This document shows, piece by piece, positions 24,771 through 33,998 of a DNA stretch of 64,000 bases. Origin of the DNA: a virus (Duplodnaviria > Heunggongvirae > Uroviricota > Caudoviricetes). The notes beneath the pieces are model-generated. The model did no database searches, was not told the origin of the DNA, and saw nothing but the letters and a program-made list of their open reading frames with translations. The position numbers and the translations under genes were made by a program. The stretch is from positions 1 to 64,000 of IMG/VR virus record IMGVR_UViG_3300002835_005179. The stretch is one strand, 5' to 3'. Position 1 is the first letter of the stretch. The number at the start of each line of letters is the position of its first letter.

Positions 24771-25762
24771 TGTTATCTTTTAAATCTTTTCTTATACTAG
24801 AAGGTGGCGTCGGGGGCCACATGGCGCATGTTTTTGACATATCTTCAACTGGAAAAGAATTGATTGGAGTATTTAAGGAAGCAATCAAATTCATCAATTC
24901 TGGTAAGACATCTGTTAAGATAGATGGAATCAATGCTTCACTTCGTTTGGTTGAAGGAAAATTTGTTCTAGATCGTGGTTCGGCAAAGCCTTTGGATATT
25001 AAAGGAATTCGTCCAGAAGATTTGGAAGATAGATTTGGACAAGGACATGGATTTGTTGAAAAAGGAAAGAAGATAATTGACATTTTTGACACAGCTTATC
25101 CGAAAATTAAGCCAGAATTGGAGAAACTTGGTCTTTTAAATAATCCTAATATCTTATTCAATACTGAGTATGTTGAAGGTAAGACTAATGTTGTTCAATA
25201 TGAAGGAATCGATAATTTCTTAGCAATCCATGGATTAAAAGAAATTAAGGTTAATAAGACAAATCCAAAGACTGGCGTTGTTACATCAAGAGTAGCTTCC
25301 AATATTTCATTCGATCAAACAACAATGGCTTCTCTTATCAAGAAATTAGATGAAGTTGCAAAAGCTTTTGGATTTAAAGTTCTCGGTAATGTTGGTGTAA
25401 CATTCAAAGAGAACCCTGATTTAACCAAGGTTTTATCAGAAGAGATTACTCTAAACGAACAAACTAAAACGCTTGGAGAATGGTTATCTAATCTGACATT
25501 TAAGACTCCTCTAATTACAAGAGCAAAATTCATCCAAATTATGAACTCAGATAAGAAAGATCTTACTGAGAAACAACTTACAGATTATCTAGTTTATATT
25601 GCAACTATTCGCCTTGGTGATGAAATTCTTAATAGTTCAACTTCAGATCTAGGCGATCTTAAAGGTCAAGAAGGAATCGTCATAAGAAGATCTGATAATT
25701 CTTTATACAAAATAACTGGATCGTTTATTCTTCGTGGATTAGAATCTACATTTGGAAAGTAA
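24770..25762 (+). CDS. Ligase-like nucleotidyltransferase candidate with capsid-targeting-like N-terminus
   Basis: N-terminus MLSFKSFLILE. Candidate motif I VKIDG, motif III FNTEYVEG, motif IV QEGIVIRR and motif V LYKITGSF. The assignment is inferred from motifs only. Confidence 0.45.
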   Translation: MLSFKSFLILEGGVGGHMAHVFDISSTGKELIGVFKEAIKFINSGKTSVKIDGINASLRLVEGKFVLDRGSAKPLDIKGIRPEDLEDRFGQGHGFVEKGKKIIDIFDTAYPKIKPELEKLGLLNNPNILFNTEYVEGKTNVVQYEGIDNFLAIHGLKEIKVNKTNPKTGVVTSRVASNISFDQTTMASLIKKLDEVAKAFGFKVLGNVGVTFKENPDLTKVLSEEITLNEQTKTLGEWLSNLTFKTPLITRAKFIQIMNSDKKDLTEKQLTDYLVYIATIRLGDEILNSSTSDLGDLKGQEGIVIRRSDNSLYKITGSFILRGLESTFGK

Positions 25763-25763
25763 T

Positions 25764-27926
25764 ATGTCTAAGAAATATTTCGCACGTCTATCTAAGTCTA
25801 CAGCTACTAAAAGAAAAACATTCTGGAAGAAACTTGGTTCTTATCCGTTCACTAAAGATGAGTATGATCGTGCGGAAAAAGTTCCTGGAGATGCGAAGTC
25901 TGAGACAAGACCATCGCAATATAATAAGAAGTATAGAGAAATGTATGAAGCAGTACATAATGAAGCTCCTTATCTAAAATGGGGTATTATTTCTCCAACT
26001 GGTAAAGTTATTTCTGGCGATGAATATAAAAGTAGTGATAATTTGAATCATGCATCATTTCTTGTCAGACTTGGGTTAGAAAAAGAATACGATCTAAATG
26101 GGAAAAATTCGAACTATTCAAGATATGCTATTTTGAAGGATGTCTATGGATTAACCTCAATAATAACCATACCAGGTCGTGCAAAAATTGATTCTGTTAT
26201 AAAAGCATGGAAAAATATTCCGATGGGAGATGATATATTAATCTTACTTAGTAAGTATAATGATGATGAATATGAAGGTCCTTCATCTAAAGCTCTATCG
26301 TGGTTAAAACAATATAAATCAAAAGTACAAGAAGAATATGACGAAATCAGTGAATCCAGATCAATCAAGGCGCTTCAAAAGAAAGCAAAAGCTTCTGGTG
26401 TTCCTTATTCTATCTTGAAGCGAGTTTATAATCGTGGTATGGCTGCTTGGGTTACAGGACACAGACCAGGTGCAACACAATCTGCTTGGGCATTTGCAAG
26501 AGTCAATTCGTTCCTAACAAAAGGAAAGACTTGGTATGGGCCAGATGCAGATCTCGCGAAGAAAGCAAGAAAGTATCTACAAGAAGCTCATTTTATACCA
26601 CAATATTTTGATTGGGGCTGGATTGATGATCGTGGAAATATTCAATATCCAGAAGAGCATGATAGAACACATACATCTATTCTAAGAAGATTAACAGAAA
26701 AACAACCTGAATATAATTTGGGCGATAGGCCAACAGAAACTGATGCAACAAAACAAGGTTGGATTCGTTGGGTAGTTGAATACAGCAATTCTGAATTTGT
26801 TTTATTTTTCAATACAAAGAAATTGATTAAAACGATAAAGATGTATAGATCTATAGAAAATATTGTAAATAAACATAAAGATTCGTCATATATTTCATTT
26901 GATTTGCCTAGAAAATTTATACAATCTAGAACGAGGAACGAATTCATGTTAGAGCTATCTAAGGTATTTGGAATAAAAGAAGATCAAGATTACGAAATAG
27001 AAATGATTTCTGGACAATTAAAGAAAATTATAGATCTATCTACAGATACCTTGAATATTATCCAGAATCAGTCAGAAATTCCTGCATGGATTCAAGATAA
27101 GATCTCAGTTTCTACTCATAACGCAGAAGCAATATTTGATTACTACAATTATTCGGAAGAAAAGATTCAAGAAGAAACGCAGATGAAGAAAGTTGTCATA
27201 TTTCCAGGTGGTTTCCATCCATTCCATAAAGGCCATTATTCGGTTTATACTGCAATCAAAAAGAAATTTCCAGATGCAGATGTATATGTTGCTTCAACAA
27301 ACGAACAAACCGAAAGACCATTTTCATTTGAAGATAAAAAATATCTAGCAAGTCAACTAGGAGTTCCTGAGAAATCATTCGTTGAAGTAAAGATTCCATA
27401 TGTTGCTACAGAGATTACACGGAAATATGATAAAAAGAATACGATAGTTATCTTTGCTATTTCTGGAAAAGATCCAGATAGAATCTCTTACACAAAGAAA
27501 GATGGTACACCAGGATACTTTGCAGAATGGACTGGTGAAAATGTCGAACCATTTGAATCAAAAGGATATATCTTTATTACACCAAAGGTAGATTTTAAGA
27601 TTGCAGGTAAACAAGTTGATTCTGCTTCAATGATTAGAAAAATGTATAAAGAAGCTGATGATTCAGAAAAGAATCAAATTATCAAAGATATGTATCCTGG
27701 TGGTGATGTCAAAAATATTAAAAAAATCTTAGACAATAATTTGATAGATTCTACACAAGAATCAGTAGAAATTATTTCTGAAACTATCAGATGCAGTAAG
27801 AAGACTGGTAAGAATATCTGTTTCGTATTCTCTAAAAAGGGTAAGAAGATGGGTGGTCCATATTCTGAAACGAAAGCCAAGAAAAGACTCAGACAAATTG
27901 AATTCTTCAAACATTTAAATAAATAA
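25764..27926 (+). CDS. Multidomain protein: two WGWI-type repeats, an RGMAAW..GHRPG..ARVNSF domain, and a C-terminal NMN-adenylyltransferase-like (GxFxPxHxGH) domain
   Basis: Start is the ATG at 25764 (track uses TTG at 25752). The C-terminal region has PGGFHPFHKGH and VDSASMIR, matching cytidylyltransferase/NMNAT signatures. Confidence 0.6.
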   Translation: MSKKYFARLSKSTATKRKTFWKKLGSYPFTKDEYDRAEKVPGDAKSETRPSQYNKKYREMYEAVHNEAPYLKWGIISPTGKVISGDEYKSSDNLNHASFLVRLGLEKEYDLNGKNSNYSRYAILKDVYGLTSIITIPGRAKIDSVIKAWKNIPMGDDILILLSKYNDDEYEGPSSKALSWLKQYKSKVQEEYDEISESRSIKALQKKAKASGVPYSILKRVYNRGMAAWVTGHRPGATQSAWAFARVNSFLTKGKTWYGPDADLAKKARKYLQEAHFIPQYFDWGWIDDRGNIQYPEEHDRTHTSILRRLTEKQPEYNLGDRPTETDATKQGWIRWVVEYSNSEFVLFFNTKKLIKTIKMYRSIENIVNKHKDSSYISFDLPRKFIQSRTRNEFMLELSKVFGIKEDQDYEIEMISGQLKKIIDLSTDTLNIIQNQSEIPAWIQDKISVSTHNAEAIFDYYNYSEEKIQEETQMKKVVIFPGGFHPFHKGHYSVYTAIKKKFPDADVYVASTNEQTERPFSFEDKKYLASQLGVPEKSFVEVKIPYVATEITRKYDKKNTIVIFAISGKDPDRISYTKKDGTPGYFAEWTGENVEPFESKGYIFITPKVDFKIAGKQVDSASMIRKMYKEADDSEKNQIIKDMYPGGDVKNIKKILDNNLIDSTQESVEIISETIRCSKKTGKNICFVFSKKGKKMGGPYSETKAKKRLRQIEFFKHLNK

Positions 27927-27941
27927 CGATAAGGAAAGAAA

Positions 27942-29990
27942 ATGAAAAATTTTTCACAAATACGAAACGAAATCAATATCCAAAATAAATCTTTATTGAC
28001 TGAAGAATCACAGTTATTCGGATTAGATGAAACACATTTAATTGAGTCGATAGATATTCTATCTAAGAATTTAATTCTAGCTTCTCTGATTACAGAACAG
28101 ATTTCTGATTCAGAAATTAAAGAGATTGTCGATTCAATTCCACTAGATGTAGATAAATTAGAAGATTATATGATTCAAACCAAGAACAATATTGTAATTG
28201 TTAATTGGGATGGATCAAAAGCTTCTGTAGAAGTAGACGGAAAGGAAATTGATATTCCTGGTGTTGTAAATAATCCTGAAGCTCTGCGTGGTGCTGTTGA
28301 AGGAATTCTTCAAGATTATCCTATGTCTGAAGAAGTTACACAAGATGATTTGGCAGATGTTCTATATAATATTCCAACAGATACAAAAGAGTTAATTGGT
28401 AAAGAATTTGATATAAATGGCGATAAGTTATCTGTAGACTGGAATTCGGAAACAGGATCTGTAAAAGTTTCTTTGAATGGAAAATCTATTGATATTAATG
28501 ATAAAGCTTATGATTTGGATACATTGGCACAAGCAATTATGAAGGCTGTTGGATCAGATTCTAAAGAAAAAGAAGAACCAAAGAAAGATGATAAGCCTGT
28601 AACTGATCCTGAAACGAAGAAGAAACTGGCAGTACTTAATACAATAATCAAACCAAGATTAATTTACAAATATGCAAATACAAGTACAGATAGAAATAGA
28701 GTAATTGCAGCTCTAACTGATTATATTAAAACTGGTTCAGATGAATCAAAGACAACTGCCGATTTAGATCAAAGAGCTCTAGTTGATCTCTTATTCGATT
28801 TAGTTGATGTATTAGTTACAAATAGAAATCTAGCAACTCTAGTTACAAAGAATGCAACAGCTGCTTCAGTTTCTGAATCTGTTATTCTTGAAGCAAAGAA
28901 GAAATCAAAGAAGAAGCCGCCTACAGAAGAAGGTGTCGATGTTAAGTTAGATATGCTTTTGAAACTTGGTCTTGTTGATCAGAAGTTGTATAATAGAGCA
29001 AAGAAAGCTCTTTCAAATAAGAAAGCAGCTGGAACAGTTCCTTATTTAAGAAATCTTCTATTTGATTTATTGGATAGATTAATTTCTTATATCAAGAAAG
29101 ATCCTACTCTATATAATAGAATTAGAATCAACGTCATGAAAGAAATGAAAGGAATTCTTCCAACAAAGAAAGATCTTGATGAAGCATCATGTGCTGGAAA
29201 GAAAGCTGCCGAAGAAGGTAAGGGAAAAGAAGTCCCTGAATCATATTCAAGACACTACTTCACAAAAGAAGCTTGGTTAGAAGGTTTCGATTCTTGGGAT
29301 GGAACTATAACTAATATTAATTCGGAAGAGGAAGAAATGAAAACATTCAAAGAATTTAATGAAACATTCAAAGAAGAACAAGAAACAAATGAATCGGTAA
29401 AGTTATCTGAATTAAATGTTATTAATGATGTTATAAATGGATTGGAGATCTTATCAACAACTCCTTTTGCAAATCTAGAAGAAGCTGAGAGCGAAATTAA
29501 ATCTCTATTAGGAACTATCGGTTTGTCATTTGATAATCTTGAAGATGGCGAGATTCCTTTAGATTCAATTGACGGCGAAAATGCAGTTCTTTCTGTATTT
29601 TCTGCAGACGAAACGGTAGAAGATGAATTGGAAGGAGATATGGTTTTAAAATGTTCCATTTCTGAAGGAGAATCTGGTGTAACAGTTTCTGCTGAAATTA
29701 TGGTTTACTTCGAAGATGGAGAAGCAGTTGCATTGACTGACGTTGAATTTGAAGTAGAGAAAGAAGATGGCGAGGAAGCCGAAGACGAAATGGAAGATAA
29801 TCTAGAAGAAGAATTTGAAACTGGTAAAGTCTTTAACGTCATCTTATTCAAGCCAACCACAAGAAGATTCTTATCTTCAATTATCCACGCAAACTCAGTA
29901 GAAGAAGTTGAGAAGATTGTTTCAGAAGAAATGCCTTTGTATGTAGTTCACTCAATTAATCCTATTGAAGTAACAGATACAACTAAATAA
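27942..29990 (+). CDS. Large acidic hypothetical protein (682 aa)
   Basis: Long uninterrupted ORF with ribosome-binding site AAGGAAAG. N-terminus MKNFSQIRNE is CTS-like. Confidence 0.55.
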   Translation: MKNFSQIRNEINIQNKSLLTEESQLFGLDETHLIESIDILSKNLILASLITEQISDSEIKEIVDSIPLDVDKLEDYMIQTKNNIVIVNWDGSKASVEVDGKEIDIPGVVNNPEALRGAVEGILQDYPMSEEVTQDDLADVLYNIPTDTKELIGKEFDINGDKLSVDWNSETGSVKVSLNGKSIDINDKAYDLDTLAQAIMKAVGSDSKEKEEPKKDDKPVTDPETKKKLAVLNTIIKPRLIYKYANTSTDRNRVIAALTDYIKTGSDESKTTADLDQRALVDLLFDLVDVLVTNRNLATLVTKNATAASVSESVILEAKKKSKKKPPTEEGVDVKLDMLLKLGLVDQKLYNRAKKALSNKKAAGTVPYLRNLLFDLLDRLISYIKKDPTLYNRIRINVMKEMKGILPTKKDLDEASCAGKKAAEEGKGKEVPESYSRHYFTKEAWLEGFDSWDGTITNINSEEEEMKTFKEFNETFKEEQETNESVKLSELNVINDVINGLEILSTTPFANLEEAESEIKSLLGTIGLSFDNLEDGEIPLDSIDGENAVLSVFSADETVEDELEGDMVLKCSISEGESGVTVSAEIMVYFEDGEAVALTDVEFEVEKEDGEEAEDEMEDNLEEEFETGKVFNVILFKPTTRRFLSSIIHANSVEEVEKIVSEEMPLYVVHSINPIEVTDTTK

Positions 29991-29999
29991 GGGAATAAC

Positions 30000-30287
30000 A
30001 TGAATTCATTTACTAAAGCATATATGGAAGTCCTCAACGAAGGTACCTTCTTGATGGGACAAGATACAACTCTTGCAGATATCTTAAAGGAAACTAAGTT
30101 TGAAGATTTTTCTAAATCAGATTTTGATGCATTTGCTGGTGTGGAAACAGATAATCCTGTTATAGGAACATATAAAGATTATCAGATAATCATAGATGGT
30201 AATGACATTATATTGATATCTGATAATGAAGAATCAGCTGGTTTTTCTCAAAAGATCTTTTCGTTGAAGTTACAATCAACCATTTAA
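30000..30287 (+). CDS. Small acidic protein (95 aa), MNSFTKAYMEVLNE leader
   Basis: Track ORF. N-terminus is related to ORFs 7676 and 13070. Confidence 0.45.
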   Translation: MNSFTKAYMEVLNEGTFLMGQDTTLADILKETKFEDFSKSDFDAFAGVETDNPVIGTYKDYQIIIDGNDIILISDNEESAGFSQKIFSLKLQSTI

Positions 30288-30676
30288 TGATTCTAAATTT
30301 AACAAAAGACAATATTAAATTATATGCAGCCAGTGTTTACCAAAATCCTGGCTGCGCTTCGTCTTTAGAATTTGAAGAGGATTATCTTCGAATCAAATAT
30401 CTGAAGACGATTTTATATAAATATCTAAATAACAAGAGTATAAATATTCGTATTTTGTTAAATCATATTATTTGTATACAGAATGTTTTTCCTGGAGAAG
30501 CAACTGCTAAGATCTTATTCGTTGTGTTTTCTGAATCTTCGTGGAATGCATTAGCAACAATCTTGATCTATTTGTCTTTGATGCCTCCAGAAATTAGAGG
30601 AATAACGGGAAAAACGATTACTCTATCATCAATATCTATAGACAATAATCTATTAGAAAAATTAAAGGAACTATGA
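30287..30676 (+). CDS. Hypothetical protein (129 aa)
   Basis: Track ORF, joined to its neighbours by a TAATG junction upstream and an ATGA overlap downstream. Confidence 0.45.
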   Translation: MILNLTKDNIKLYAASVYQNPGCASSLEFEEDYLRIKYLKTILYKYLNNKSINIRILLNHIICIQNVFPGEATAKILFVVFSESSWNALATILIYLSLMPPEIRGITGKTITLSSISIDNNLLEKLKEL

Positions 30677-31584
30677 TGTTACTAGAAGGCGTTTACGGAA
30701 GTTTCAAATTAACTGAAGATTCAGCAAATAAGTTAACTGAATGGATAAAAGATAACAATGTTATAGAACCTGTTGAAGATGAAGATTTACATATCACAAC
30801 AACATACTCAAAGGTAGATCCGAAACAAGAAATAACTCCTTCCGAAAAGAACAATATCAGATTAGATCATAAAGAATTTTCTATAGCAACATATGGTCGG
30901 GCTTTGGTTATTGAAGTGGAATCGAAAGATCTCGAAACAATTCATAAATCAGCAATAGATTCTGGCGCTTCTTATGATTACGAAACTTATAAACCGCACA
31001 TAACCATTTCTTATAATGCAGAAGCAAACGAAAACATAATTCCTCTTCTATTTCCTCCAGATTTTGATATCGTTCTTTCTCATGAAGAAGTAGAACCTCT
31101 AAATTATAATTTTTGGGGTTGGATTAAGCCTGATGGTTCTCTTCTTCTTCCAACAGAAAAGATGAGGTACTCTTATAATGAGTATTCACACATAGATGTA
31201 TTAAAAAAACAACAAAAATCAATTTCTAGTTATGACGCAGCATATAAATTGAATTATATTCGTTTCTATGTAGAAACGGCATTAGATCGCCTTGTTTTTG
31301 ATTGTCCAAACACAGTTCCTGCTTCTATTGTTGAAAAAGGATACAAGAATATTCTATATTATGTCAGAACTAAACAATTCAAATTTTATATAAAAAAGAA
31401 AAAAGGTCGTAACGAAACTCATGATTTTGAAACAATTGATAGTGGCAATTCTTTACAAGAATTGCTTGCCAAATTGGTGAAGCTGCAGGAATCAGATGCA
31501 CCCGCCAATTCAACAGCAAATATTGCTACTTATGCAAAACCAATGACATTTAAGATGTTTAAAAGAAAAATGGATTTGAAATAG
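30673..31584 (+). CDS. 2H phosphoesterase (LigT/CPDase-like) fused to a WGWI-type C-terminal domain
   Basis: Two HxT/S motifs (LHITTTYS and PHITISYN), then NFWGWIKPDGS, which is related to the repeats in ORF 25764. Ends in TAG. Confidence 0.6.
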   Translation: MMLLEGVYGSFKLTEDSANKLTEWIKDNNVIEPVEDEDLHITTTYSKVDPKQEITPSEKNNIRLDHKEFSIATYGRALVIEVESKDLETIHKSAIDSGASYDYETYKPHITISYNAEANENIIPLLFPPDFDIVLSHEEVEPLNYNFWGWIKPDGSLLLPTEKMRYSYNEYSHIDVLKKQQKSISSYDAAYKLNYIRFYVETALDRLVFDCPNTVPASIVEKGYKNILYYVRTKQFKFYIKKKKGRNETHDFETIDSGNSLQELLAKLVKLQESDAPANSTANIATYAKPMTFKMFKRKMDLK

Positions 31585-31591
31585 GTGTTTT

Positions 31592-31966
31592 ATGGACAAG
31601 GGTTTAGAACAAATGGAAAAAGACGTCCAAGAAATTAAAGTTCAAGTAGAACTTGTCAAGAAAGACATTCAACAATTCCAAAAAGTAGTGGATAAACTAG
31701 ACACAACAAACGATAAAATTCAAGAGTTGATTAATAACATAACAACCATCACAACACAACATCAACAAAAAATAGTTGACTCGGAAACGAATTCTAAGTA
31801 TATCTGGGAAGAAATTGCTGATGTTAAAAAACAAATTGCTTCCGAGAAAAAAACTATAGAAGAAAGATTAACTGATTTAGAAAAATCAAAGTGGATGTTA
31901 ATTGGTGGTGTATCTTTCTTAACTCTATTGATGAATATTGTTTCTACTTTTGTAAAGAGTAATTAA
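31592..31966 (+). CDS. Coiled-coil protein with C-terminal transmembrane anchor (124 aa)
   Basis: Heptad-like charged region followed by WMLIGGVSFLTLLMNIVSTFV. Confidence 0.5.
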   Translation: MDKGLEQMEKDVQEIKVQVELVKKDIQQFQKVVDKLDTTNDKIQELINNITTITTQHQQKIVDSETNSKYIWEEIADVKKQIASEKKTIEERLTDLEKSKWMLIGGVSFLTLLMNIVSTFVKSN

Positions 31967-33286
31967 ATGAAATCCTTCAAACAATTTCTTATTGAAAACG
32001 AATTATCTATTGGTAAATGGGAAATTATTGCCTCAACTGAAAGAAGAAGAAAGTATGCTGAAAATCTATTCGATCTAGTTCAAACAGCATATAAGGACAC
32101 ACCATATGGTTCATTTATTAAAACTGTAGATAATGTAATTAATGGTATTAAGAATGAAACAGATCCAACAAAACCACCGACAATTTCAGATTGGCAAGTA
32201 ATTAATCTAGACTCAGATCCATATGCAGAAGCCACAGTATTCTATAGAAAAAATAGATCAGATGAAACTTGGATTGGAAATAAGATACAAGGTATAGGAC
32301 ATGATGGAAGATATCATAATAGAATTAAATCATCTCAGTATGCTGTAGAAAAGATTGTTGAATTGATTAATGAAGAGGGTTGGTGGATAGAAGTTTCAGA
32401 TGCGTTGAAATACATTTTATTTAAAAGATATAATGGAAAATTTCCTGTTGTTTCTGATGTTGTGTTTTTGAGAAAATTATATAATGATCCAACTCTTGAA
32501 ATGATTGATGAAGTTACATACACTAGAGATATTGGTAGTGGAAGAATCCAGGAATCTACCCTGGGAAAACCTGTTCTTAAGATGAAAGAAGAATCTCTAG
32601 ATGAAGGTCTTTCGGATTGGTTGAGGAATATTGTGCTCGCTGCTGGTCTATTCGCTTCGGGGGAGCAGGGTGCAGAAGCAAAAAGAATAACAGTTTATCC
32701 TGATGGTAAGGCAATTTATACTGATACAGGAAAACCAGTAATCAATAAATTACCCAAACTACAATCTACAAAGAATATATTATTAAATGTCAAAGCAGAT
32801 ACTCCTGATGAAAGAAAGAAACTTTTGAATAAGATGGCGATTGCTTCTGGAATAAAAGGAAACGAGTTAGAACATTTTATTGCACAAGCTAGTCATGAAA
32901 CATTAGATTTCTCGAAGCTTGAAGAAATTGGTTCTAATAATAAATTTGAATTAAAATATGGTCCGAATTCTAGAATAGGAAAAAAATTAGGTAACGATAC
33001 CAAAGGTGATGGGGCGAAATTCAAAGGACGTGGTTTCTTACAATTAACAGGTAAGTATAATTATGAGAAGATTGGTAAGATATTAAATCTAGATCTTGTT
33101 TCTAATCCTAATATGATTTCTAAGTATCCTGGTGTTGCAGCTGCTACTGCTATTGCTTATTGGAAATGGAGAGTTAAACCTAATGTTAAATCTTTCGCAA
33201 CAAAAGATACAGTTTCGAAAGTTACTAAGCAAATCTCCGGATCTAGTAAAGAAAAACATATAGATAGAAGAAAACCAAAAAAGTAG
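31967..33286 (+). CDS. Glycoside hydrolase family 19 (lysozyme/chitinase-like) protein with capsid-targeting-like N-terminus
   Basis: N-terminus MKSFKQFLIENE. C-terminal AQASHETLDF..GDGAKFKGRGFLQLTGKYNY..AYWKW matches the GH19 catalytic core. Ends in TAG. Confidence 0.7.
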   Translation: MKSFKQFLIENELSIGKWEIIASTERRRKYAENLFDLVQTAYKDTPYGSFIKTVDNVINGIKNETDPTKPPTISDWQVINLDSDPYAEATVFYRKNRSDETWIGNKIQGIGHDGRYHNRIKSSQYAVEKIVELINEEGWWIEVSDALKYILFKRYNGKFPVVSDVVFLRKLYNDPTLEMIDEVTYTRDIGSGRIQESTLGKPVLKMKEESLDEGLSDWLRNIVLAAGLFASGEQGAEAKRITVYPDGKAIYTDTGKPVINKLPKLQSTKNILLNVKADTPDERKKLLNKMAIASGIKGNELEHFIAQASHETLDFSKLEEIGSNNKFELKYGPNSRIGKKLGNDTKGDGAKFKGRGFLQLTGKYNYEKIGKILNLDLVSNPNMISKYPGVAAATAIAYWKWRVKPNVKSFATKDTVSKVTKQISGSSKEKHIDRRKPKK

Positions 33287-33306
33287 TTTTATAGGAAATG
33301 GTAAGT

Positions 33307-33390
33307 ATGAAATCATTTAAATCGTTCGTAACGGAAAAGAAATTTGCAGATCTTAAACCAACAAAAGGTAAATGGGCAAACTTATCATAA
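33307..33390 (+). pseudogene. 27-codon remnant paralogous to the N-terminus of ORF 31967
   Basis: MKSFKSFVTEKKFADLKPTKGKWANLS compared with MKSFKQFLIENELSIGKWEII. Confidence 0.35.
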
Positions 33391-33400
33391 GAATAAGTTA

Positions 33401-33429
33401 TTGCTTTCTTCAACTTAATAAGGTATAAT
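33401..33429 (+). promoter_or_regulatory. Sigma70-like promoter TTGCTT-N17-TATAAT
   Basis: Same AAGGTATAAT core as the cassette promoters. Lies upstream of gp55. Confidence 0.5.
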
Positions 33430-33452
33430 ATAGTTATATCATATGATTCATA

Positions 33453-33998
33453 ATGAGGTTTATGTCAAAAGAATACGTCAACAATCAAGAGTTACTACAA
33501 GCACTAGTTAACTATAAACAGTCTGTTGCAGAAGCCGAAAACACTGGATTACCGAAACCCAGGGTTCCTGAATATATTGGAGAATGCATTCTTAAGATTA
33601 CCGAGAATATTGCTAAAAGACCGAATTTTTCAGGTTATACATTTAGAGAAGATATGATAGGTGATGCTGTCGAAAACTGTCTATTATATCTTCATAACTT
33701 TAATGAGGAAGCTTCACAAAATGCATTTGGTTATTTCTCTAAGATTATCTGGTACGCATTCTTAAGAAGAATTGAAAAAGAATCTACAGAAACTTATGTC
33801 AAATTCAAATCTCTTGAAGCTTCTCCTTTATTCACAGATCACAAGATGGAATCTAAAAAATTCGTTAATCTTAATAAGTCTGTTCTGAATGAAAACACAA
33901 TTCATATCATTGAAAAATATGAAGAAAAGATATTGAGAAGAAAGAAGATAAAGGTTCTCGATGAGAGTCTAACTAAATTAGAGGAGTTTATGGAATAA
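33453..33998 (+). CDS. gp55: Late-transcription sigma factor (gp55-like)
   Basis: YVNNQELLQAL..RPNFSGYT..LHNF..AF aligns with T4 gp55. The ATG at 33462 (MSKEY) is an alternative start. Confidence 0.85.
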   Translation: MRFMSKEYVNNQELLQALVNYKQSVAEAENTGLPKPRVPEYIGECILKITENIAKRPNFSGYTFREDMIGDAVENCLLYLHNFNEEASQNAFGYFSKIIWYAFLRRIEKESTETYVKFKSLEASPLFTDHKMESKKFVNLNKSVLNENTIHIIEKYEEKILRRKKIKVLDESLTKLEEFME

